A stretch of 64,000 nt of DNA from Gammaproteobacteria bacterium (GTDB taxonomy: Bacteria; Pseudomonadota; Gammaproteobacteria; GCA-001735895): assembly GCA_050295575.1 (NCBI GenBank), contig JBNKPX010000003.1:3064-67063 (forward strand), written 5' to 3'. Numbering within the stretch: the stretch's first letter is position 1; every line of letters begins with the position of its first letter. Under the pieces are notes generated by a model that ran no database searches, had not been told where the DNA came from, and was given only the letters and a program-made list of their open reading frames with translations. The position numbers and the translations under genes were made by a program. Below, in pieces: positions 1 to 8,347 of this stretch.

Positions 1-240
1 GTACACCTGTTCGGTGCTCTACGCCTGTATCTGCCTACCGACAGCGATTTTAATAGTTGTGAGCTTGAGCTTCTAGATAATTCGACTTTGACTCAGCTTT
101 TAAAAAAGCTACAGATACCGGGGCAGAGTGAATTCATAATCCTGCTCAACGATCAGAAAATATCTCAGGATCAATTCAGTAATACAGTAGTAGATGAGAA
201 TGACGAGGTGATTTTATTACCATCTATTAAGGGGGGATGA
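1..240 (+). CDS. MoaD/ThiS-family ubiquitin-like (beta-grasp) sulfur-carrier protein, 5' end cut by window edge
   Basis: Frame 1 is open from base 1 to TGA at 238-240. My translation is VHLFGALRLYLPTDSDFNSCELELLDNSTLTQLLKKLQIPGQSEFIILLNDQKISQDQFSNTVVDENDEVILLPSIKGG*. It has MoaD-like length and pattern and the diagnostic C-terminal Gly-Gly. It is absent from the ORF track because no start codon lies inside the window. Confidence 0.6.
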   Translation, partial: VHLFGALRLYLPTDSDFNSCELELLDNSTLTQLLKKLQIPGQSEFIILLNDQKISQDQFSNTVVDENDEVILLPSIKGG

Positions 241-278
241 ATCAGGGCTCAATGTAATGGATAAAATAAGACTGGAAG

Positions 279-1319
279 TCACTTAATACATGTTGGACAA
301 GAGGCTTTAACATTACGTCCCGAATGGTCACTTCTTTGAGGCCTTTTCAAGTTATCCTGATCACTCATGGCTGTATAAAGTGTTCTTTCTGCATCTATCA
401 CGCCATATTCATGACGATACGGGTATAAGATTTTATTCATACCACCCAGTTGAAGGAATTTATCGCTTTTGAGTAGCATACTATGAACGTGTAGTAGTTC
501 ATGTAAAAACGCATCTGCCGGAGAAGCAATACATACCGGATTTCCATCACATCGATTATTTAATTTTAGCTGGGCTGCCAAACGGGTATTAAAATAAACC
601 ATGGCGCTAGTTACTTCCAGCATATTGCCTTTAGCAATGGTCATCCAGTTATTCTCGTCAAATGCAATTTCCCATTTTTTATCTTTCAGTTCATATAGCA
701 GATTGACAGTTTCTGGGTATTCACTGTAATAATTAGCCATTTTTTTTAGATCATTTCGAATATATGCAGGATCTCCATCTTTCTCGTGGTAACGACTTGA
801 CAGAATATCGAAAATTTCCCTGGCGATATCAGAGACAACAACAGTCTCAAACTGGAAGCCTGTTGTACTTACCTGCTCAGATATCCTTTGCCTGACGCTG
901 GTGTTTGAGACCAGCTGAACCTGAACTTCGCTGTTTGCAAGAGTTTTCGGGTTATGAAGATCGATTTCGAAGTCTGCGTTCGCTGCTGACTCAAATAATA
1001 AACTTGCTGAAAACAGGATTACCTGTGCCCATTTGCGTCGCTTGTGCAAATTTTTTCCGGCACGGGTTTCACGACGTTGGTCCTCCTTTAGCTGGTATCC
1101 CTGTTTTCGAAAATGATTGGAAAGATTTGAAAAAAGCTGGGGAGATCCCTTTTCAAGTCCTCGCGGGTATACAATATAGGGCTTGTTATTAATGACACAA
1201 GGATGAACGACAACACCTGAAATTGCACTGGTGCTTAAGGGGGGACCATTTTCAATATAGCTAGGAGAGCTAGCAGTTACATTGAATTTTGCCATAAATT
1301 TTCGGTTTGAAAATTTCAT
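279..1319 (-). CDS. HExxH zinc-metallopeptidase-like protein, secreted or membrane-anchored
   Basis: 346-aa ORF with FLHELLHVHS (HExxH) near the C-terminal third. Residues about 92-115 (KRRKWAQVILFSASLLFESAANA) look like a signal peptide or signal anchor. An in-frame TTG at 1049 would give a classical N-terminal signal peptide. No family was recognised beyond the motif. Confidence 0.45.
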   Translation of the reverse strand: MKFSNRKFMAKFNVTASSPSYIENGPPLSTSAISGVVVHPCVINNKPYIVYPRGLEKGSPQLFSNLSNHFRKQGYQLKEDQRRETRAGKNLHKRRKWAQVILFSASLLFESAANADFEIDLHNPKTLANSEVQVQLVSNTSVRQRISEQVSTTGFQFETVVVSDIAREIFDILSSRYHEKDGDPAYIRNDLKKMANYYSEYPETVNLLYELKDKKWEIAFDENNWMTIAKGNMLEVTSAMVYFNTRLAAQLKLNNRCDGNPVCIASPADAFLHELLHVHSMLLKSDKFLQLGGMNKILYPYRHEYGVIDAERTLYTAMSDQDNLKRPQRSDHSGRNVKASCPTCIK

Positions 1320-1611
1320 ACATCAGCTGTACTGATTGTCTAAAGAAAGTGGAGTGATTTTTATAAAACCTGCATCTGCACTTCCCTCTCTTTTAGTGTA
1401 GCACCCTAAACTAAATTCTTTTACCACTGGTCTAAAAGTATCTGAATAAATAAGAACAGCATGATTGATCTGTTATCAGGAATCAAGGGCTTAGACGGGT
1501 TAATTTAACTGAAAAGATCAGGATTTATGGGGGGCAGTTGTTAGCAGTTCTCCCGTCAACAGACAACAGTATGTTTATACAAAGTTCTCAGTTATAAAAT
1601 CGTTGCCTTTA

Positions 1612-1709
1612 GCTCCTGTAAAAACGCTATACACGGCATCCATGCCGATAATCGTTATTCGCTCCTGCAAGGACGATATACACGGCATCCATGCCGATAA
1701 TACATAGGG
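1612..1709. repeat. Two tandem copies of a ~49-bp unit with an identical 25-nt core
   Basis: TATACACGGCATCCATGCCGATAAT occurs at 1628-1652 and again at 1677-1701 (period 49). The flanks GCTCCTGTAAAAACGC and GCTCCTGCAAGGACGA are also related. The core contains the mini-palindrome GGCAT-CC-ATGCC. Confidence 0.85.
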
Positions 1710-1794
1710 CGTCAGATGGTAATAAAAAGTCCAATTTCATTTTGCACAATAAGCTTTTCCGGGGTAACGGGGCGCAATTATTTGAATTTTGTCG

Positions 1795-2307
1795 TTATAG
1801 ACTATGCCTGGAGAGTGCCTGTTTAAGTGCATCTTCAACGTCGCTATTGAAGCAGGCGAAGATGATGTGTTGCAAATTTTCAAGTTTGTTCCGATGATTG
1901 ACTATTGTCTCTATAGCAATATGGGCGGCAGCGTTAATCGGATATCCATATACCCCGCAACTAATGGCTGGGAAGGCTATGCTTTCACAGTTGTTTGTTT
2001 CTGCCAGTTTAAGGCTTTCCAGGTAGCATGAGGCTAATAGCCGGGCTTCTCCATGCTCACCGTTATGCCACACCGGGCCTACGGTATGAATAATGAAACG
2101 TGCAGGCAGGTTAAAGCCGTTGGTGATTTTGGCCTGCCCTGTATCACAACCGTTGAGCTTTCGGCATGCTTCCAGTAACTCTGGCCCTGCTGCGCGGTGA
2201 ATGGCCCCATCAACGCCACCGCCGCCTAGCAGAGAATTATTCGCAGCATTAACGATAGCATCGACCTTGAGGGTAGTAATATCGGCCTGAATGATTTCAA
2301 TCTGCAT
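1795..2307 (-). CDS. ymdB: Macro-domain protein, O-acetyl-ADP-ribose deacetylase (YmdB-like)
   Basis: [42 protein letters not shown]...[14 protein letters not shown] closely follows E. coli YmdB. I prefer the ATG at 2307, preceded by GGAGAAGCGACTATC, over the ORF-track start at 2346. Confidence 0.85.
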   Translation of the reverse strand: MQIEIIQADITTLKVDAIVNAANNSLLGGGGVDGAIHRAAGPELLEACRKLNGCDTGQAKITNGFNLPARFIIHTVGPVWHNGEHGEARLLASCYLESLKLAETNNCESIAFPAISCGVYGYPINAAAHIAIETIVNHRNKLENLQHIIFACFNSDVEDALKQALSRHSL

Positions 2308-2428
2308 GATAGTCGCTTCTCCAGGTTGATCAGTTTTAAGATACATGTTTTATCATGATTTGATTTTGTCTGCTATAGCGTAGCAACGGCTCCACATCGG
2401 CTTATTTTTAAACTGGAGTTGATACTTA

Positions 2429-2442
2429 TCACAGCGCTGTGA
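2429..2442. promoter_or_regulatory. Perfect 14-bp palindrome TCACAGCGCTGTGA in the ymdB/uppP divergent intergenic region (candidate operator)
   Basis: Read directly from the sequence. It lies between divergently transcribed genes. No cognate regulator was identified. Confidence 0.25.
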
Positions 2443-2659
2443 GAATTCTGGGGGGTATTCAGAGTTTCCCTCATCGTAGCGCTCAGTTTTTGGAAACCTG
2501 TTATGTAATCGCTGCAAAGATCTACAGAATTAACGAAATATTATCACTGCGTCATATATCTTTTATTCAAAATCCGTATCATTTCGCCCCAATTTCCTGT
2601 TTTCAGTTAGAAACGAGCTGAAAAAGCCAACTTATTTCAAGGTTACCTAAAGACTATAC

Positions 2660-3457
2660 ATGGATACTTTACAAATCATTGTGCTCGCAATCGTTCAGGG
2701 ATTGACCGAGTTTCTGCCTATCTCCAGTTCTGCACATCTAATCCTGGTGCCGGTTATTCTACACTGGCCCGATCAGGGCCTGGTGTTTGACGTAGCGTTA
2801 CATGTCGGATCTTTGATCGCGGTAATGTATTATTTCCGCAGCGAAATCATCAGTATGACAGGAGCATGGTTCGCCAGTGTATTTAAACAGCAGCATAATC
2901 AGGATAGCCGTCTGGCCTGGTGGGTGATTGTGGGGACGATACCTGCGGTTATCGTTGGTATGCTATTCAAGGACACTATCGAAACCGAACTGCGCTCACC
3001 GTTGGTTATTGCCTGGGCAACCATAGGTTTTGGCTTGCTGTTAGGTATTGCTGATAGGGTTCAACGCCATGTGCGTAGTGAATATACCCTGTGTCTAAAA
3101 GATGTCTTGATTGTGGGCTGTTTTCAGGCACTGGCCCTGATTCCTGGTACCTCACGTTCAGGTATTACCATGACCGCCGGGCTGTTTCTGGGCTTAAATA
3201 GAGCTGCTGCAGCACGTTTTTCCTTTCTATTATCAATCCCGATTATCATTGCCAGCGGCCTGTTCAAAACCAAAGACCTGATAGAGTCTCAGGTGACTAT
3301 AGAGTGGTCGATGCTGTTACTGGCAGTCGCTTTATCGGCGTTAAGCGCCTGGCTGTGTATTCATTTCTTCCTGCGCCTGATTAACCGTGTTGGCATGATG
3401 CCATTTGTAATCTACCGACTTGTTCTTGGGGTTTTCCTGCTATATCTATTTATGTAG
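2660..3457 (+). CDS. uppP: Undecaprenyl-diphosphate phosphatase
   Basis: MDTLQIIVLAIVQGLTEFLPISSSAHLIL... and PGTSRSGITMTAGL are UppP/BacA signatures. The protein is a 265-aa polytopic membrane protein. Confidence 0.93.
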   Translation: MDTLQIIVLAIVQGLTEFLPISSSAHLILVPVILHWPDQGLVFDVALHVGSLIAVMYYFRSEIISMTGAWFASVFKQQHNQDSRLAWWVIVGTIPAVIVGMLFKDTIETELRSPLVIAWATIGFGLLLGIADRVQRHVRSEYTLCLKDVLIVGCFQALALIPGTSRSGITMTAGLFLGLNRAAAARFSFLLSIPIIIASGLFKTKDLIESQVTIEWSMLLLAVALSALSAWLCIHFFLRLINRVGMMPFVIYRLVLGVFLLYLFM

Positions 3458-3502
3458 TTGTTTTGAAAATACAACAACATTTCTCCAGCCTGGAGTATTA
3501 AA

Positions 3503-3530
3503 ATTTAGGGAACCTCTGATTTATTCACAG
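3503..3530. repeat. REP-like interspersed repeat, copy 1 (ATTTAGGGAACCTCTGATTTATTCACAG)
   Basis: Near-identical to 17096-17123, and in inverted orientation to 62839-62865. The shared core is CCTCTGATTAATTCAG, with CTCTGA/TCAGAG arms. Confidence 0.7.
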
Positions 3531-3561
3531 GGCGAGAAAAGCGAAAATCACAGTTTTCGTT

Positions 3562-3596
3562 AGTTTAGTCTAATTTCCTAAATATTAGACTAAACT
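3562..3596. repeat. Perfect inverted repeat: 12-bp arms AGTTTAGTCTAA / TTAGACTAAACT with an 11-nt spacer
   Basis: Read directly from the sequence. It lies upstream of the 3642/3666 start codons. A further CTAAAC half-site is at 3603-3608. No U-tract follows, so it is more likely an operator or REP than a terminator. Confidence 0.6.
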
Positions 3597-3641
3597 TAAG
3601 GTCTAAACGTAGCCGTGACAGACTAGTATTTAAATGTCACC

Positions 3642-4808
3642 ATGGAATATTGCAAGGGAATCAGGATGAGCAGTGTTTTGGATACAGATCGAAAATTCAA
3701 AAGTAACGATATCGTTAATGGTGTTGCCAGAGTAGACATCTTTGATAGCCGTGGACAGTTATTGGTCAGGAAAGGTAGCCAGATTCGCGAAGTCCACTAC
3801 CAGCGCATGCGCGAAGAAGGCTTAATACAGAAACAGGATAACGATTCTAAACGTGATGCTCAGGGTATCCATTATTCAGCTCCGGATTCGATCCACTCCC
3901 GATTGAATAAGTTGATTAATATCTTTCTGGATTTTCAGAAGCGTATCATCAATCAGCCAGAATCTGATTTACGCCAGGATCTTACATACGTCACTAATAA
4001 CCTGAAAAAGCTGTGCGATGAAAACATCTTCCAGGTACTGGGTGAGCTATATCTATCGGATGCAGGTTTTTACTCGAGTATCAAACCACTTTATATAGCA
4101 GCTTCGTTATATGAGCTGGTGAAACGCTATAATCAACATCAACCCGAGCTAAAAATCACGGCGGAAAAAAACAACAACCTGCTACAGGCTGCTTTAATGC
4201 ATAACCTGGGGCTGCTAACGGGCAAGCATCAGGATTATGATGATCAGAAAATACTGACGCTAGATCAACGTGCTGAAATTCATCGTAATTACCCGGGAGC
4301 CAGTGCGCTTATGGCTGAGAAAATCGGTATCACCGAAACTGATATTCTGGAGACTATTCGGCAGCACAATATTGAAACACGTCATTCCTCGCTTGAAGCC
4401 CAGTTATTACGTACGTCTTTTGTCTATGCTGGTATCGCTATGCGTGAATCAAGCAACGGTGAGTCTATGGATATCATCAACCCTACTCGTGAATTTGCAC
4501 AGCTGTTTGCCGAGAATAAGCTTGATCCAGTGTTAGGGGGATTGTTTTTAAAAATTAATGGACTCGCCCCGGTCGGCTCAATCCTGATATTCGATAGTCG
4601 TGAGAAAGCCGTGATTACTGCAGGCCCAAATGACATCAATATTGCTTCTTCAACGTTGCGTATGATTGCTAATAGCAGTGGCGTGCAAAAAAAACGTCCA
4701 GGAGATAAGTTTCGCCTCGATCGTACCAGGCTGGTACAAAAAGGAATCAGCGATCATCGTCAATTTGCCTGGAATAAATTTGCACCCTTTGCCGCCTGGG
4801 AGAAATGA
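3642..4808 (+). CDS. HD-GYP-related domain protein with degenerate catalytic motifs
   Basis: AALMHNLGLL sits where HD-GYP proteins have LHDIGK. IRQHNIETRH sits where they have HHExxDGxGYP. No GYP motif is present. The ATG at 3666 (preceded by AAGGGAATCAGG) is a plausible true start. Confidence 0.4.
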   Translation: MEYCKGIRMSSVLDTDRKFKSNDIVNGVARVDIFDSRGQLLVRKGSQIREVHYQRMREEGLIQKQDNDSKRDAQGIHYSAPDSIHSRLNKLINIFLDFQKRIINQPESDLRQDLTYVTNNLKKLCDENIFQVLGELYLSDAGFYSSIKPLYIAASLYELVKRYNQHQPELKITAEKNNNLLQAALMHNLGLLTGKHQDYDDQKILTLDQRAEIHRNYPGASALMAEKIGITETDILETIRQHNIETRHSSLEAQLLRTSFVYAGIAMRESSNGESMDIINPTREFAQLFAENKLDPVLGGLFLKINGLAPVGSILIFDSREKAVITAGPNDINIASSTLRMIANSSGVQKKRPGDKFRLDRTRLVQKGISDHRQFAWNKFAPFAAWEK

Positions 4809-5441
4809 TCAATTCGCAAGCAATCCACTATGTGCAATACCATCAAACATGAATTGTACCGCTAACGCAGCCAGAATGACCCCAAATACACGACTGATCA
4901 CATGAATACCGGTGATGCCTAATAGCTTCTGAATCTTGTTTGATAGCAGTAATAAGATCAGGGTGGTTAATAGCACGGAGGTCATAGATGCTATCACGAT
5001 CGCCTGGGTCTTTAGGTCATTTTGCGCATTTGCCATTAATAACATGACGGCACCCATTGATCCGGGGCCAGCGATTAATGGTGTAGCCAGGGGGAATACT
5101 GATATATCTTCCTTACCAGCGCCTTCCTTGTTTTCTTCTTCTGTGGTGCTTGATCCACCTGAAGATCTCGCAAATACCATATCAATCGCGATTAATAGTA
5201 GAAGGATGCCGCCAGAAAACTTAAGGGCAGCCAGAGAAATTCCAAGGGTTTTTAGCAGGGTCTCGCCCATCAGTGCAAAGAGAACCAGTATCACCAGCGC
5301 GACCAGGGTGCCGCGAACGGCCATGGTCCGCTTCTGTTTGGCGCTACTGCCTTTAGTCATTGCCGCAAAGATAACCGCGACATCTATCGGTCCAATGGTG
5401 GCAAAAAAGGTCGTGAAGGTGACTATGGCGGTTTCTAGCAT
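4809..5441 (-). CDS. marC: MarC/UPF0056 family inner-membrane protein
   Basis: N-terminus ...FTTFFATIGPIDVAVIFAAMT and a 210-aa multi-pass membrane profile are typical of the MarC (NAAT) family. Confidence 0.75.
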   Translation of the reverse strand: MLETAIVTFTTFFATIGPIDVAVIFAAMTKGSSAKQKRTMAVRGTLVALVILVLFALMGETLLKTLGISLAALKFSGGILLLLIAIDMVFARSSGGSSTTEEENKEGAGKEDISVFPLATPLIAGPGSMGAVMLLMANAQNDLKTQAIVIASMTSVLLTTLILLLLSNKIQKLLGITGIHVISRVFGVILAALAVQFMFDGIAHSGLLAN

Positions 5442-5508
5442 GGGGTGCTTGACTCTTGTGTATACTTGAAGTTGGTTATGTTAAAGCTTTTAGGGATATA
5501 TTCACACC

Positions 5509-7065
5509 ATGACAGAACAGATGTCTGATCACCAGGTCCTGGTGCAATCCATATTGCAGGGAAAGCTATTGCCTGAGCAGGAGCATCAGTCTTTCAAATT
5601 AATTGAAACCCATATCTCATCGGTGATTGTGGGCGATGAAATAGTCTATAAACTCAAGAAGCCAGTGGATTTCGGTTTTCTGGATTTCTCAACATTAGAA
5701 AAGCGTCATTTTTACTGTGATGAAGAGATACGTCTTAACCGTCGCCTGAGTCCGCAGTTATACATCGATGTTTTACCTATCTACGGATCTGTACAGCAGC
5801 CGAGCTTATCTGGAACCGGTGAAGCTATCGAGTATATGCTGCGAATGAAACCGTTTGCCCAATCCTCCCAGCTAGATCGTCTGTTGCAGCAAGGCGGCTT
5901 GAGACTGGAGATGATTAAGCAATTTGCTGACTATATTGCCAGTTTTCATCAATCTGCAGCACGTGCAGATATAGATAGTGTTTATGGCAATCCAGATACA
6001 ATCAAATTACCGGTGGATGAAAATTTCAAACAGATCAAGTCATTGATTAAAAGTGATCAGGTAAGTCAGCAATTAAAGCAACTTGAAGCCTGGAGTGAGG
6101 CGGAGTTTTCTCGTATTCATGCATTATTAGGGCAACGCAAATCAGGAGGGTTTATTCGTGAATGTCATGGTGACTTACATCTACGGAATCTGGCCTGGAT
6201 GGATAATCAACCGTTGGCGTTCGACTGTATCGAGTTTGATCTCAAACTATACTGGATCGATGTCATCAGCGACCTGTCTTTTCTGTGGATGGACCTGCTA
6301 TTTAATCAGCAGGAAGAGCTGGCCTGGGAACTGTTGAATCAATATCTATCACGAACCGGGGATTACTCGGCACTGGCGGTGCTGCGTTTTTATTCGGTTT
6401 ACCGGGCTCTGGTACGAGCCAAGATTGCTGCCATTGGAGCTTCAGCGTCGGCAGAACAAGAATCGCTCGCTGATCTTGACAGGCATTTGAATCTGGCATT
6501 GTTGCTGAGCAAGTCAGCTGAGCCGGTTATCTATCTGATGCATGGACCTTCGGCTTCGGGCAAGAGCACCTTGTCTCGGCAACTGTCTGCACCATTACAG
6601 GCGGTTATCCTGCGTTCGGATGTTGAGCGAAAACGACTGTTTGGTCTTAAGATGGAAGACAATGCTGCGGATGATCCCGGTAAGGGGATTTATAACCATG
6701 CGGCAACTCAGCAAACCTATCAGCACTTACTTGTTGTATCTCGCCAGATACTCAATGCCGGTTATTCAGTGATAGTCGATGCGACCTTCAGCGATCCACA
6801 TCAGCGCGCTCTGTTTAGCGATGATGCTGCAATCAGCCACTATCGCTGTGTAATCCTGGATTTAAAGGTGTCTGAGTCAAGTCTAAGGCAGCGTATACAG
6901 CAACGTAGGCATGATGTATCCGATGCGAATATCCAGATCCTGCAGAATCAATTACAGAATTGGCAGCCCCTCAATGAGGCTGAAAGACATTTAGCAGTCA
7001 CGCTGGATCTTGATGGCGAAGTTGATATACCGACTATTGTGAGTCAAATAATGTCGGTAAGTTAA
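5509..7065 (+). CDS. Fusion protein: aminoglycoside-phosphotransferase-like (APH) domain + P-loop kinase (AAA_33-like) domain
   Basis: The N-terminal half has a kinase-like HGDLHLRN motif. The C-terminal part has the Walker A motif GPSASGKST and a Walker B-like VIVDATF. This is a widespread conserved architecture of unknown function. Confidence 0.6.
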   Translation: MTEQMSDHQVLVQSILQGKLLPEQEHQSFKLIETHISSVIVGDEIVYKLKKPVDFGFLDFSTLEKRHFYCDEEIRLNRRLSPQLYIDVLPIYGSVQQPSLSGTGEAIEYMLRMKPFAQSSQLDRLLQQGGLRLEMIKQFADYIASFHQSAARADIDSVYGNPDTIKLPVDENFKQIKSLIKSDQVSQQLKQLEAWSEAEFSRIHALLGQRKSGGFIRECHGDLHLRNLAWMDNQPLAFDCIEFDLKLYWIDVISDLSFLWMDLLFNQQEELAWELLNQYLSRTGDYSALAVLRFYSVYRALVRAKIAAIGASASAEQESLADLDRHLNLALLLSKSAEPVIYLMHGPSASGKSTLSRQLSAPLQAVILRSDVERKRLFGLKMEDNAADDPGKGIYNHAATQQTYQHLLVVSRQILNAGYSVIVDATFSDPHQRALFSDDAAISHYRCVILDLKVSESSLRQRIQQRRHDVSDANIQILQNQLQNWQPLNEAERHLAVTLDLDGEVDIPTIVSQIMSVS

Positions 7066-8330
7066 TTTTTTAAGCAGCGCTGAATATCGTCAGCAACCAC
7101 TTCTACCCAGTGTCTGACAGGCGTGTCACTGGCACTGTCCAGATGGTGTTCGCAGCCTACATTAGCGGTAATGATGATGTCTGGTGAGCATGCATTGAGT
7201 GCATTAATTTTATTATGCTGTAGTTGCCGTGAAATCTTCGGCTGCAGCAGCGAGTAAGTGCCCGCTGATCCACAGCAAAGATGAGCGCCTTGCGGGATAT
7301 CCAGTTGGTAGCCGAGGCTGCAAAGCTGCTGGAAAAGGGCATCGGCCTGCTTATGACCATGCGTCAGGGTGCAGGGGGCATGGTAGGCAATGCGCTGACT
7401 GGATGCTGTAAAAGTACTGACGTTTTGTTGTATTGCCTCTGCATCTAATAATTCGCTGATATCAACGATCTTTTCACATAGTGAATGATACTCAGTTTGC
7501 TTTTCGGCTGAACTCATTTCGGGGGAGTTCATTTGATTCAGAATATTCGGGTAATCCTTCAACATAATGCCGCAGCCACTGGCGCTGGAAACAATTGCAT
7601 CTAATGTCTGTTGTGAATTGATACGCGACCAGCTTGCAAGATTACTCAGGATAAATTTTTCCGCCTTTTCAGTCTGACTCAGGTGTTGATTAACGGCTCC
7701 GCAGCAACTGGCCGTGGTCTCACGAATAACCTGATAGCCCAGGCTTTGTAACAGTAAAACACTAGCCGCATTGGTGTTTGGGCTGATGCTACTCTGTACA
7801 CAGCCTTCCAGTAGTAAAACCGTTTTTACAGGCTTCACCTTACTTCTGGCGTAAGCGAGTTCGCGCCGAATTTCAGGTACTTTTTTACCCACTGCGACGG
7901 GTAATAGAGGACGAAAAAAGGCCCCCATCTTAAACAGCCATCGATGTCGGGATGGATAAGGCAGGATCTCACCCAGTAGCTGGCGTATCAGTTTTTGACT
8001 GCTTGCACGTAAGCCCTGTTTTTCTATATGGGCTCTGCCTATGTCAATTAATTCGGCATAATTCACGCCAGAAGGGCAGGTGGTCTCGCAGGAGCGACAG
8101 GTTAGACAGCGATCAAGATGCTGTAAGGTTTCGCGATCAGCGGGCTGCCCCTCGAGCATTTGTTTAATCTGATAAATCCTTCCGCGCGGCCCATCCAGCT
8201 CATTACCCAGTAGCTGGTAGGTTGGGCAGGTCGCGGTGCAGAAACCGCAATGCACACATTTGCGCAGGATTTCATCGGCGCGTTTACCAGCAGTGCTGTC
8301 CAGTAGTTGTGGAATGATATTGGTTTGCAT
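7062..8330 (-). CDS. glcF: Glycolate oxidase iron-sulfur subunit
   Basis: Two ferredoxin-type clusters are present (CVHCGFCTATCP and CLTCRSCETTCP), plus C-terminal CCG-type Cys motifs. It follows glcD and glcE. Confidence 0.9.
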   Translation of the reverse strand: MQTNIIPQLLDSTAGKRADEILRKCVHCGFCTATCPTYQLLGNELDGPRGRIYQIKQMLEGQPADRETLQHLDRCLTCRSCETTCPSGVNYAELIDIGRAHIEKQGLRASSQKLIRQLLGEILPYPSRHRWLFKMGAFFRPLLPVAVGKKVPEIRRELAYARSKVKPVKTVLLLEGCVQSSISPNTNAASVLLLQSLGYQVIRETTASCCGAVNQHLSQTEKAEKFILSNLASWSRINSQQTLDAIVSSASGCGIMLKDYPNILNQMNSPEMSSAEKQTEYHSLCEKIVDISELLDAEAIQQNVSTFTASSQRIAYHAPCTLTHGHKQADALFQQLCSLGYQLDIPQGAHLCCGSAGTYSLLQPKISRQLQHNKINALNACSPDIIITANVGCEHHLDSASDTPVRHWVEVVADDIQRCLKN

Positions 8331-8347
8331 ACTACAGGCGTCTTATC

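Noticed and set aside
1691-1897. 68-aa plus-strand ORF
   Set aside because: It starts inside the 49-bp tandem repeat and runs antisense into the macro-domain gene. No RBS and no motif.
4936-5469. 177-aa plus-strand ORF
   Set aside because: It lies entirely antisense to the well-supported MarC-family gene. Its translation is low-complexity with no motifs, as expected for a shadow ORF.
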